The notes under the pieces were generated by a model. The model made no database searches and had not been told where the DNA came from. It worked only from the letters and a program-made list of their open reading frames with translations. A stretch of 64,000 bases of DNA from a virus (Duplodnaviria > Caudoviricetes). Made by a program: the position numbers and the translations under genes. The stretch is taken from IMG/VR virus record IMGVR_UViG_2909979649_000004, one strand, 5' to 3'. Below, piece by piece: positions 37,941-47,390 of the stretch. Within the stretch, counting starts at the first letter, position 1, and every line of letters starts with the position of its first letter.

Positions 37941-39562
37941 AACTCCGACCTTATCAGCAGGAAGCGATTCAGGCACTGATTGAATACTTTCATCGTGCCA
38001 CTGGGAATCCGTTAATCTGTATTTCCACTGGTGGCGGTAAGTCGGTGGTGATAGCCGCCTGGTGTCAGTTGGTATTAAACCAATTTCCTAACCAACGAAT
38101 CTTAATACTCAGCCATGTAAAAGAAATCCTGGAGCAGAATTACAGCAAATTAAAAACCCTGGCCCCTGATGTGGATATGGGGATTTATTCGGCTAGCTTA
38201 AAACGCAAAGACAAAGATGCCAGTGTCTTATTTGCCGGTATCCAATCCGTGTATTCCAAAGCGTTTGACTTAGGTCCATTCAATTTAATTATTGTAGATG
38301 AGTGCCACTTAATTAACGCCGATAAAGATACCACTATGTACAGTCAGTTTTTTACCGATGCGAAAAAGATGAATCCCAATATTAAAGTGATTGGGTTTTC
38401 AGCCACACCGTATCGGATGAAATCAGGCTTATTAACTCATGGGGATAATGCTTTATTCCATGAGATTGTTTACGAAACCGATATTCAGCAATTAATTGAT
38501 GATGGCTATTTATCGCCCTTAGTCACCAAAGGTGGCAGGCAGAAAATAGACCTGACTGGCGTACGGACTCAAAATGGCGATTATGCCACCAAGGATATGG
38601 AAAAGGCGGTTAATAAAGATGATTTAACTGATAAAGCCTTGGCTGAAATTATGGAGTTAGGTGCAGACCGAAAAAGCTGGTTAATCTTTGGGGTATCGGT
38701 AAAACACTGTTTGGAAATTGAAGAGAAATTAAAAAAGCAAGGTGTCTCCGTGGGGATCGTCCATGGTAAGACACCTAATAAGTTAAGGGATAGAATTATT
38801 ACTTTGTTCAAACAAGGTAGTATACGTTGTCTAATTTCGCAAGGTGTTTTAACGACGGGATTCGATGCGCCTAGAACGGATTTAATTGCGTTATTACGTT
38901 CGACTAAATCCGCTGGGCTGTATGTGCAGATATTAGGGCGTGGATTACGGATATCACCCGAAACCGGCAAGGCTAATTGTTTAGTGCTGGATTATGGCGG
39001 CAATGTTGAACGCCATGGGCCGATTGATCAAATCAAAGTGAGAAATGCCGGCAAGAAAAAAGAACCGGGTGAAATGCCTATTAAGGAATGCCCCAAATGC
39101 CAGTTATTGATTCCTTGCTTTGAAAAAGAATGCCCAGATTGCGGGTATATTTTTCCCGCACAAGCCCCCCATAAAGCCACGGCCAGTAATAAAGCGGTTT
39201 TGTCTGCTATGCAACAGGCTGAATGGTATCCCGTGGAAGCGGTGTTTTATCAGCTGCATAGTAAGGCGTTTTCGAATAACTCAGTCAAAGTCACTTATCA
39301 ATGTGGCACTGAATTTTTTGATGAGTGGGTTTGTTTTGAGCACACCGGCTTTCCAAAACACCGGGCATTAACCTGGTGGGTGCAACGGGTCGGTTATCAA
39401 CCGCCATGCCCGAATGATTGTGATACGGCATTGGCCTATTTAAATAATAACAAGATCAAAACCCCATCCGCTATTCAGGTTAAACCGGAAGGCAAATACA
39501 AAAAAATAATTAATTACGAGTTTCTACCCGAGACAATAAAGGAAATGGCTTATGGAAATTAA
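37937..39562 (+). CDS. SF2 DExH helicase (RadD/YejH-like) with zinc finger
   Basis: LRPYQ, TGGGKS, DECH, SATP, LTTGFD, Q..GRGLR, CPKC..CPDC. Confidence 0.92.
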   Translation: MKLRPYQQEAIQALIEYFHRATGNPLICISTGGGKSVVIAAWCQLVLNQFPNQRILILSHVKEILEQNYSKLKTLAPDVDMGIYSASLKRKDKDASVLFAGIQSVYSKAFDLGPFNLIIVDECHLINADKDTTMYSQFFTDAKKMNPNIKVIGFSATPYRMKSGLLTHGDNALFHEIVYETDIQQLIDDGYLSPLVTKGGRQKIDLTGVRTQNGDYATKDMEKAVNKDDLTDKALAEIMELGADRKSWLIFGVSVKHCLEIEEKLKKQGVSVGIVHGKTPNKLRDRIITLFKQGSIRCLISQGVLTTGFDAPRTDLIALLRSTKSAGLYVQILGRGLRISPETGKANCLVLDYGGNVERHGPIDQIKVRNAGKKKEPGEMPIKECPKCQLLIPCFEKECPDCGYIFPAQAPHKATASNKAVLSAMQQAEWYPVEAVFYQLHSKAFSNNSVKVTYQCGTEFFDEWVCFEHTGFPKHRALTWWVQRVGYQPPCPNDCDTALAYLNNNKIKTPSAIQVKPEGKYKKIINYEFLPETIKEMAYGN

Positions 39563-39785
39563 CCAGATGTATTTATCAAGAGAAAACAGAAAGGTTGTTG
39601 AGAGAATGAGGGAGTATATTAACTATTATAAGCTAGCCAAAGCAGATGGACGAAAGCCTGAAAGAATACAGTTAGAAATTAAACAATATGAAAGGCTTAG
39701 GAAAAATTTACTAACAAAGACTAACGGTAAATGTAAACCACCTTACACCCTTAACAATATCCCAGTTGTCCCGGTTCAACATTAA
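39552..39785 (+). CDS. Hypothetical protein (homologue of 50014-50232)
   Basis: MEIN.M.L..N..YI.YY.LAK..CKPPYT shared. Confidence 0.75.
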   Translation: MEINQMYLSRENRKVVERMREYINYYKLAKADGRKPERIQLEIKQYERLRKNLLTKTNGKCKPPYTLNNIPVVPVQH

Positions 39786-39794
39786 GGAATCACC

Positions 39795-40100
39795 ATGTTA
39801 GCACTCTCACGAAAATACGGGCAGGCCATTTATATTGGTAATCATATCAGAATTTCATTAGGTGGGTTTAATCGGGAATCGGCCCGAGTAGGACTAGCAA
39901 TCAATGAAAAACTAGAAATTAAGGAGGTGCCTTACGAACGTTATCAAAAGCTAGGTGACGATATTACCTTCTTTATTCGACATAAAGGTGGTCAAGTGTG
40001 TTTTTATTTTGATGCGCCGAGAGATGTCATCATATTACGCAGTGAGCTGGAAGCAAGAAATAAGAAAGTTAAACCCGAAAAATCATTAAATGTTGCTTAA
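39795..40100 (+). CDS. CsrA-like protein with internal duplication
   Basis: MLALSRKYGQAIYIG..; second unit LGDDITF..GGQV..DAPRDV.I.RSEL. Confidence 0.75.
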   Translation: MLALSRKYGQAIYIGNHIRISLGGFNRESARVGLAINEKLEIKEVPYERYQKLGDDITFFIRHKGGQVCFYFDAPRDVIILRSELEARNKKVKPEKSLNVA

Positions 40101-40110
40101 GGAGAATGAA

Positions 40111-40305
40111 ATGCAACTTAAGTGGGTTAAGCTAAATAGGTATTTAGAACTATCTGGTGATACTCGGGATGCATTCGCTAATAAACAAAAGAAAGGTGTT
40201 TTTTTACGTGATCGTGAGTATCGAACCTGTAGTGATGGGCGAGTTTGGGTAAACCTTGAGGCAGTAGAAAAGTGGGCTCAAAAAAGTGAACCGAGGAGGC
40301 ACTAG
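40111..40305 (+). CDS. xis: Excisionase
   Basis: KWVKL..Y..G..DGRVWVNLEAVEKW; overlaps int start. Confidence 0.85.
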   Translation: MQLKWVKLNRYLELSGDTRDAFANKQKKGVFLRDREYRTCSDGRVWVNLEAVEKWAQKSEPRRH

Positions 40306-41486
40306 TGAGCAGTAAGTTGCCTGTAGGTGTCAGTATTCGGCAAAATAACCGAACAGAGTCTATTCAAGTTGCCTTTTCTTATCGTGGTGTTCAGTGTCGT
40401 GAGACGCTTAGGCTTAAGCCAAATAAGGCCAATATTAAATATGCTGAATCGTTGAGATCAGAAATCGTTAGCAAAATTAACAGAGGCTTATTTAAATACA
40501 GTGAATATTTTCCTGAATCACCTAGATGTAAATTATTTGGTGAGGAGACTCGTGAAAATATCACTGTAGCTGAATTGCTTAATGAGTATACCGCTGATTT
40601 ATCTCGTACGGTTGAGCCCTCAACTGAGCTTCGTTACCGTCGCTCGATAGAAGGGCAACTACTGCCGGAGTTTGGTGATATATTAGCTACTGAGCTAACG
40701 CCTAAGCGTATTCGTCAGTGGATTAAGTCAAAGGAGTGTAAGCGTAAGACAATTGCCAACCATCTTATACCCTTGGTTAAAGTACTTCGGCTGGCTGTTG
40801 TAGATGGAATTATTGCTAAGTCACCTATGGATTCTATCTCGCTTGATGATGTAGTTCATAAGGAGGCTAGGAGAAGTGACTATAAAATTGATCCATTTAC
40901 ACCGACTGAAATTGAAATACTGTTAAAGGCCATGGAAGGGCAGGTACACAATGCATATAAATTTGCCTTTTTTACGGGTGTTCGTACCAGTGAGCTAATT
41001 GGCTTGATGTGGAATAAGGTGGATTTACCCAGAGGTAAAGTGCTGATTGATCAAGCTAAGGTAGAAAGGCAGATGAAGGGTACTAAAACCGGTGAGAAAG
41101 GGGAGAGGGAGATAGCTTTATTTCCGCCAGCATTGCAGGCTATTCAGGATCAACTGAAGTATACAGGGGAGGGCGAATACGTCTTCCATAACCCAAGGAC
41201 TAATCAACCTTGGGATGATGATCAGCAAATAAGAAAGCGGGCGTGGATGCCTGCAATTAAAAGTACTAGGTTGCGTTACCGTAATCCTTATCAGACCAGA
41301 CACACCTTTGTTTGCTTGATGATTGCCAGGAATGAAAACCTATTCTGGATTGCCAGCCAAATGGGGCATCAGGGTATTGAGATGATCAATAGACATTATG
41401 GCAAGTTTATTGAGGAAGCTGGGGCGCAAAGTTCTTATGAGCCTAATCATGATTGGGGGGAGTTTGTGGTGAGTTCAGATGTGTGA
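40305..41486 (+). CDS. int: Tyrosine integrase (arm-binding N-terminal domain)
   Basis: F.YRGVQCRETL, DPFT, TGVRTSELIGL.W, YQTRHT, QMGH, HY. Confidence 0.95.
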   Translation: MSSKLPVGVSIRQNNRTESIQVAFSYRGVQCRETLRLKPNKANIKYAESLRSEIVSKINRGLFKYSEYFPESPRCKLFGEETRENITVAELLNEYTADLSRTVEPSTELRYRRSIEGQLLPEFGDILATELTPKRIRQWIKSKECKRKTIANHLIPLVKVLRLAVVDGIIAKSPMDSISLDDVVHKEARRSDYKIDPFTPTEIEILLKAMEGQVHNAYKFAFFTGVRTSELIGLMWNKVDLPRGKVLIDQAKVERQMKGTKTGEKGEREIALFPPALQAIQDQLKYTGEGEYVFHNPRTNQPWDDDQQIRKRAWMPAIKSTRLRYRNPYQTRHTFVCLMIARNENLFWIASQMGHQGIEMINRHYGKFIEEAGAQSSYEPNHDWGEFVVSSDV

Positions 41487-42049
41487 AACCATCTTATATC
41501 GCTTCACTGTTGTGCTACAACTGCTGTCGGAATTTATGGCGGTGGTTGAACAGGCTTTTTTAGATTTGTCTACTCATGGCCATACGCCTGCTGGGCCTAC
41601 TAATAAACTCAGCCTAATACAGCAGGCGGATAGTATTAATGAGCAGAATTCTGGTTTTAAAATAATGCTTTAATAAATATAAAATAAAAATGATAGCAGT
41701 TTTTGGAATAGATTAATTAACTTTTTATATTTTACTTGGCCTTGAAGTTGCTTCTGCCAAAAATTTAAACCCTATCTTATGTTTCTATAGTTATTGTGGA
41801 AGTCAATACATGGCTCTTCTTGCTGTTGTGATAAGAGTAAACCTTCAGTAATTACTAAGGAAAGGGAAGAAATTGTTTATAAGAAAATAGCTAAAACTAG
41901 TCATTAATGCTAAGCAATAGTCGCAGACGAAATTGATCTGTCTTGCAATTATAACTTATTTTAAGCTTTATTAATTACAGCTATTGATGTTTGAAAGTTT
42001 ATTCGACTATACTTAAGTTGAGGTGTTTCTGAATTTGCAAGGAGTGCAT

Positions 42050-42691
42050 ATGAAAGTAGTACGTAAGTCATTGGGATTAGATTTGGTGGGAACTTATCAA
42101 GGATTATCGCTAGGAGCATATGAAGTTACAAATCAAGATGGTCAATTGTCTTTTCATGCTGTTGTATATAACCCTCTTATTTTTGATACAAATCTAGTGC
42201 CTTTTTTTAGAATAAATTCAGCTTGTTTTAGCGCTGATATATTCGGTGATAATCGTTGTGATTGTAATTATCAGTTGCAACAAACTATGAGATTTTTTTT
42301 AGAAAATCCTGGTCTTATGATATATCATTTTAATCACGAAGGTCGAGGGGTAGGCTTTGTCAATAAAATAGAAGCATATAAACTTATGAAGAAAAAAAAT
42401 ATTGATACTTTCGATGCTCATAAATTACTAGGGTTGCCTGAAGATAGCCGGAATTACTATTATGCTGTTTTAATTCTAAATAATTTAAACATAAATCGAG
42501 TTAATCTTATTACGAATAATCCACAAAAATGTACATACTTAAAGACTCATGGGATTGATGTCTTAGAGGTAATACCTATAGTCAGTCAATGTAAAGAGCA
42601 TGAAGCATGTCTTTCGTCAAAAGTTATTCACCAAAATCACCTACATTATAAAAACTTATCACCCAAAATATCTGATCTATCTCTTAATTAA
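42050..42691 (+). CDS. GTP cyclohydrolase II-like protein (divergent RibA family)
   Basis: RINSAC..DIFGD.RCDC..QL, EGRG.G..NKI.AY, D.R.Y, LITNNP.K; SD GGAG. Confidence 0.85.
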   Translation: MKVVRKSLGLDLVGTYQGLSLGAYEVTNQDGQLSFHAVVYNPLIFDTNLVPFFRINSACFSADIFGDNRCDCNYQLQQTMRFFLENPGLMIYHFNHEGRGVGFVNKIEAYKLMKKKNIDTFDAHKLLGLPEDSRNYYYAVLILNNLNINRVNLITNNPQKCTYLKTHGIDVLEVIPIVSQCKEHEACLSSKVIHQNHLHYKNLSPKISDLSLN

Positions 42692-42788
42692 TAATATTTA
42701 TTTGTCGAGGTTGACTATGCAATAGGTTTTATCAAGTAATTTAATAACTATTGAATTAGTGTAGGAAACAGTTAGCAGAGACCAGATT

Positions 42789-43511
42789 ATGCAAAATCAT
42801 ACTCTATTACTACTTGGCGCTAATAGCTCATTAGCAGGTGCATTTTTAAAACAAAAGAAAAAAATTTCTCCTATATACATATTAGGTATAGATCAACATG
42901 AAAAGGAAAATTTTTCACAGCTATCAAATTATATGCAATTTAATTTTTCTTGTACATCAATGCAGGATGTATGGCAAAATCTTCCATTGGACTTTACCCA
43001 TGAATTAATATTTATCAGCTGTATAGGGCGGTTTGGTCATCAAGGGAGTCAGGTGCAAGGTCAATCACCGCTGTTAACAAAAGAGGTGCTGGAGCAAATT
43101 AATATCAACTTGGTGTTTGTAACATCGTTTTGCTGTGAGCTTATTAATCGATGTATTAATTATAACTGCAAATGTCGTATTGTAATTGTTGGGTCATCAG
43201 CTTCCTGGGTAGGTAGTAGAGATATTGGTTATGGTATTGCTAAGGCAGGTCTAAATGGATTGGTGATTAGTTTGTCAAAGTCATTTGCTGTTCAGGGAAT
43301 CACAGTGTTAGGAGTGAATCCAGGAATTTTTGATTCTTTAATGTCAAGAAATGTCTCAGTTGAGCGTCAACAGTGTGCTATTCAGTCAACACATATAAAA
43401 CGGGCAGGTCAGGTTGAGGAAATTGCAAAGGTAGTTAGCTATGCGGCATTTGAGGCACCTGATTATATGACAGGTGCTATTTTACCTGTTAATGGAGGGC
43501 AATATACTTAA
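42789..43511 (+). CDS. Short-chain dehydrogenase/reductase
   Basis: LLGANS.L, VGSSAS, YGIAK (YxxxK), VNPG, YMTG..LPVNGG. Confidence 0.88.
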   Translation: MQNHTLLLLGANSSLAGAFLKQKKKISPIYILGIDQHEKENFSQLSNYMQFNFSCTSMQDVWQNLPLDFTHELIFISCIGRFGHQGSQVQGQSPLLTKEVLEQININLVFVTSFCCELINRCINYNCKCRIVIVGSSASWVGSRDIGYGIAKAGLNGLVISLSKSFAVQGITVLGVNPGIFDSLMSRNVSVERQQCAIQSTHIKRAGQVEEIAKVVSYAAFEAPDYMTGAILPVNGGQYT

Positions 43512-44083
43512 TGATTGATTTTTTGCTTATTCATTTGGTGATCTTCAATAAGTTGCTGAATAAGCAATTTTGGCTGTTCGTTAAAATATAGACGACTTTC
43601 ACTTGGCTTTTGAAATGCTTCAAGTAAACTTGGGAGAAATTCAGTCATACCACCACTGCCAGTAAGTACACCAATTGGTTTACCAATATCATAAGCAATT
43701 GTAAATTCATTGAGAGTTCCCCATCGACCACTTATAAAAACAGCTGCATCGCAGTGGCTTACTGCAACTACATTACGATACTTTAAGCAAACTTGATGTA
43801 TCTGTTTATGTGTAAAATCATTTGGAATATAAATGAGCTGATCATAATAACTTACAGAAGTGCCCATTATTGACTCGTGAAGCTTTTCATGCGTGACAGC
43901 AGTACATCCAATCGTTCCGCCATTATACTTTTTAGCACCTTTTATTGCTGCATAAGGTAGTCCTTGGCAGGCTCCAGTAATAAGTGTTGCACCGGCTTCT
44001 GCGATGAACTGACCAAGAAGTATTGCTTGTTGCTCTAATCCTGTAGAGATTCCTGCAGCTGAACCGAAAACTCCAATAATCAT
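43508..44083 (-). CDS. LOG/SLOG-family nucleotide-binding protein
   Basis: GVFGS, TGACQGLP.AA.KGA, RN..DA.V.ISG.WGTLNE..KPI..L.GSGG. Confidence 0.85.
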   Translation of the reverse strand: MIIGVFGSAAGISTGLEQQAILLGQFIAEAGATLITGACQGLPYAAIKGAKKYNGGTIGCTAVTHEKLHESIMGTSVSYYDQLIYIPNDFTHKQIHQVCLKYRNVVAVSHCDAAVFISGRWGTLNEFTIAYDIGKPIGVLTGSGGMTEFLPSLLEAFQKPSESRLYFNEQPKLLIQQLIEDHQMNKQKINH

Positions 44084-44807
44084 TTAGTGTTCCCTCACAG
44101 TTCTTGTTTTCACTATGTACTAATTAGCGTATACATTTAATTATTGTGTCACATGTATCGCTTATAATTAAACTACTGGATGCAGATTTTTGTTTCTGCT
44201 GAAAAGCATCGTATCTTTAATGTATAAAGGGCTGAAGAGCAAGAACTCTCAACTATATATATTTAACAACTTGCAGCTTTTCTAACCTTAGTATAATCGA
44301 GCTATTTCACTAACACCTACCTTTACGTATATCAGATTATTTTCTTATTAATGTCACATCACTTCCATTCACCCGAAGGCTGTGACCGTTATATAGGAGG
44401 GTACTGGAATCTAGGAGGTTGGAAAAAGCACTCATCCTCCACACCTGCGAGTTTTATGAAAATTTATTTGTGGTAATAATTAACAGCTAAGCCTTGTTGT
44501 TTAATCGTTTTAGGAATTATTTATTATTTTCACAAAGTGAAAAATTATCTCAGTTTAAGTAAAAAATACATTTTCAGTGAAAATTATTTATTTTAAGAAA
44601 ACAATAATTGTGTCGTATTCAATACAAGTAGCATTCTTCTGTTTTTAGGCTGTAGTGTTTAACCCTAATTTCTTGTCTTACTTTTCCAAGCAGCAGGCTT
44701 GTCATGATCACCTCCACACAAATATCTATTGAGATGATATGATGTTGTATGTAAGTGCCGTTTAAATAATGGCCAATTCTATGTAAATCAGTTAGTTCAG
44801 TGCATCA

Positions 44808-44916
44808 TATCAACATTATTCTAGTAATAAGTTTGTGACTTGGTTAAAATATATTTGGTTGTTATACGTCAATGCGACGTAGCATTTTGCGTCAGAGAGG
44901 CGTTCATTAAAAGTTA
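44808..44916 (+). other. attI-like site (copy A)
   Basis: 109-bp repeat, ~96/109 identical to 45990-46098; homology ends exactly at GTTA (44913). Confidence 0.75.
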
Positions 44917-45419
44917 TGTTTCAGAATAATATGAATACAGAGTACTCAATTACAGAAGATGATTATGTGAGAGCAATGAAGCTGTTCTCAAAAATTACAA
45001 CAAAGGCTGCTGTAATATACCTAATAATAATAGGTGTAGCAGTTATAGCTGCAATTTTTGGTTCGCCAGTTATTAAAGGTAGTGCAATAGGTGGATTAGT
45101 AGGTGGTGGTAGTGTTGCGATAGTGATGAGATTTCTTATAAATCCAATTCTTTCTAGAAGGGATTATAGAAAATATAAAGCAATTCAAGAGCCGATAAAG
45201 ATTCATTTATTAAATGAAGGGGTTCAATTTTCCGCATCAGATGGGGAAGGTATTGTCAGATGGGAACAGGTGCACAAGTGGCGTCAAAATGACGATTACT
45301 TACTAATATATCCAATGCCAGGGCTATACCACATTATTCCTAAATCAATTGCTGAAAGTGGTTTTGATTTAAGTGGGCTGATTACAACATTACACGAAAA
45401 GGTAGGCAATGAAGCATAA
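44916..45419 (+). CDS. YcxB-like membrane protein (integron cassette)
   Basis: Two TM segments, then W..V.KW..YLLIY..IIPK; starts at GTTATGT and ends in GCATAAC. Confidence 0.78.
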   Translation: MFQNNMNTEYSITEDDYVRAMKLFSKITTKAAVIYLIIIGVAVIAAIFGSPVIKGSAIGGLVGGGSVAIVMRFLINPILSRRDYRKYKAIQEPIKIHLLNEGVQFSASDGEGIVRWEQVHKWRQNDDYLLIYPMPGLYHIIPKSIAESGFDLSGLITTLHEKVGNEA

Positions 45420-45487
45420 CAAGGCAAATCTACATGGACGCAATACTCGCTGGTGCTTGCATTGCTCCGGTTATTTGCGGTTTTGAC
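45414..45487 (+). other. Degenerate attC site
   Basis: GCATAAC-aaggcaaat..ggacgcaat..attgctcc..atttgc dyad; right core decayed. Confidence 0.65.
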
Positions 45488-45989
45488 CATATTTAATAAT
45501 TTTCAAGTTTTGCAGGTAGTCCACAAGTTCATGAATATATGTTGTGGGATTGTCAGTAGAGAGTCTGGATGCATCTTTTAAAAATTGAGCCGCATTTTTT
45601 TGCATCTTCAATGTCAGGGAGCAACGTAGAAAATATTTTTTTTGTGCCCCTGATTAAAAACGCTGATAGTTTAAAAATTATGATAACTTTTAGTTTTTTA
45701 TTTATTTGGTGTTTATAAATGAATTATTGCAGGTTTTGATAAGTATGCTGTCATGCTGGAGACGTAGGTGTATTCAAAATAGGGCTATCTTTATTGAGAT
45801 GTGGTAACCTGATGCCTGGCTATGTTCATTAGCAATGCTTGTCTTGATATGAGTTAGCGAATGGAGTGTGTTCGCTGGCAATTCTTACCTCAGAGCAATT
45901 CAATCGCATTCTTTAATTGTTCCATGAACTTGTCAACCCTTGTTCTCTATCAAGTAATTTGTGTGGTTGGTTGCTGGTAGAGTGATTCC

Positions 45990-46098
45990 TATCAGCATTA
46001 TTCTAGTAATAAGTTTGTTGCTTGGCTAAAATGTATTCGATTGTTATACGTCAATGCGACATAGTACTTTGCGTCAGAGTGACGTTCATTAATAGTTA
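45990..46098 (+). other. attI-like site (copy B)
   Basis: Repeat of 44808-44916 ending at GTTA (46095). Confidence 0.75.
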
Positions 46099-46107
46099 AG
46101 TCAATCT

Positions 46108-46500
46108 ATGAATAATTCTGATTGGGTTAAATTTTTCACAGCCTGTAATGAAGTATTGGGCCAAGGAAGTTGTTCGTCGTTGCATAGTGAGAATTGGTGT
46201 GCATGGACCACTTTTGGAAAGCTCCAAGAAGACTGCCTTTACTGGCGGTCTGGGCTACCAAATAATGATGAGTTAACTGATACGTATGTAAAGGATGGGG
46301 GCACATGGGGGCAGCCGTTCTTGTATAGCGAAATAGCCCATATTATTGTACCTTCACGATTTTACTGGGAGCGCCCTCCAGGCAAAGGATGGGAGTGTGG
46401 ACATAGAGAGCAAAATATCGCTGGGCTTTCACAAGCGTTGCAGCGTCTTGAAGTGCAACACCGAATTACAGATATTATATTAGAAATTAAACTCTACTAG
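46108..46500 (+). CDS. Integron cassette hypothetical protein (Trp-rich)
   Basis: Begins after GTTAAGT; followed by complementary ACTTAAC. Confidence 0.75.
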   Translation: MNNSDWVKFFTACNEVLGQGSCSSLHSENWCAWTTFGKLQEDCLYWRSGLPNNDELTDTYVKDGGTWGQPFLYSEIAHIIVPSRFYWERPPGKGWECGHREQNIAGLSQALQRLEVQHRITDIILEIKLY

Positions 46501-46511
46501 TTGGCTCATGT

Positions 46512-46549
46512 ACTTAACAAGTTGCTATCCTTTTATGGCGGCGTTATGA
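46512..46549 (+). other. Internally deleted attC (38 bp)
   Basis: ACTTAAC-aagttgcta..tggcggc-GTTATGA. Confidence 0.65.
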
Positions 46550-46553
46550 GTAA

Positions 46554-46883
46554 ATGATGAATGAAATAGAGGTAATTCGGCGACTCTTCGATTTCAACTG
46601 GCCTTCAGACGATGAGCTTGTAGAGTTTGCAGAAAAGAAAACTGGTTACGGAGGCGACGATGGTTACTATGGAGTTTTGTATCCAGGTGATCTAGACGAC
46701 TACGATAAGGAAGTTGATGGTTACCACATCCCAGATGGAATGATCGAGGTAGCATATTGGAATGGAGACGATGATGTTATTCAAGTCCCAGAAGAATTGT
46801 ACCTGCAAGAATTGTTAATCTACTTAAAAACAAATGAAAAACATGAGCTTTCAAGTCGTATTGGTAAGCTCTTAACAGGGTAA
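46554..46883 (+). CDS. Acidic cassette protein, possibly toxin-immunity (CdiI-like)
   Basis: 109 aa, very acidic; between attC sites; family call tentative. Confidence 0.6.
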   Translation: MMNEIEVIRRLFDFNWPSDDELVEFAEKKTGYGGDDGYYGVLYPGDLDDYDKEVDGYHIPDGMIEVAYWNGDDDVIQVPEELYLQELLIYLKTNEKHELSSRIGKLLTG

Positions 46884-46930
46884 GGTATTGGGCTACGCTG
46901 ACACTGGCCCAATGCTTAATGCTATTAAGT
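46870..46930 (+). other. attC site, right core mutated
   Basis: TCTTAAC..aaggtattgggc..gcccaatgctt..ATTAAGT. Confidence 0.65.
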
Positions 46931-47164
46931 CAGATGCTGCAATCAAAGGCTAACCTACAAGGTCGTGATATGAAAGTTAATCAGGCTCAACCAAAATCTA
47001 ACAGCCGTCCACAACGTAGACCAAGGTATTAATACCTAGTCATGCAAATCGCTGGAAGTAGAAGGCTATAATCTTTTTGCTTCTGGCAAGTCCAGTTTTT
47101 TATATCTCATCACCATATATAACTCATCTTTTAATCAGACTAGTTATTAAGCAATAGCATTTCT

Positions 47165-47390
47165 CGTGTGAATTTCGTGTGAATTTGGTACCCACTTTTA
47201 GACAAAACCTCACCCTGTAAGGTTTTCAGGTAATGTTCTAAGTGGTTGATTTTAAAGGGTTTTAAGGAAATTCAAGGTGAGTGGAAGTGGTGGAGGCGGC
47301 GGGAATTGAATGTTCGTATAAGGCATTTAACTAATTGATTTTAAAGATAAAATTTCCAAAAATGGACTGCGTGCGAATTGAGTGCGAAAA
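47165..47390. other. att junction: arm repeats, IHF boxes and core
   Basis: CGTGTGAATTT x2 (47165-47186); IHF consensus WATCAANNNNTTR on minus at 47239-47251 and 47328-47340; GTGCGAA x2 (47371-47390). Confidence 0.8.
47288..47310 (-). repeat. att core = 3' fragment of tmRNA (ssrA)-like gene
   Basis: Minus TTCAATTCCCGCCGCCTCCACCA: T-loop, acceptor strand and CCA; 5' T-stem strand absent, so not a full gene. Confidence 0.8.

Larger units (their letters stand above)
1874..47310. mobile_element. Prophage 1 (lambda-like head, P2-like contractile tail, prim-pol replication), probably packaging-defective; left att not seen in window
   Basis: Contiguous tail-head-lysis-Q-replication-repressor-recombination-xis-int order, followed by cargo and an att core. 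Confidence 0.9.

Noticed and set aside
40305-41486. Phage integrases as the IntI for the cassettes
   Set aside because: Both have arm-binding N-termini and adjacent xis; no IntI-specific insertion recognised
41479-41673. 64-aa ORF after int
   Set aside because: No SD or motif; probably spurious or a remnant
42050-42691. Housekeeping ribA of a riboflavin operon
   Set aside because: No ribD/E/H/B nearby, divergent active-site region, and location in prophage cargo
47288-47310. Intact tRNA/tmRNA gene
   Set aside because: Only the last 23 nt are present; adjacent sequence cannot form the T-stem, so it is an att core
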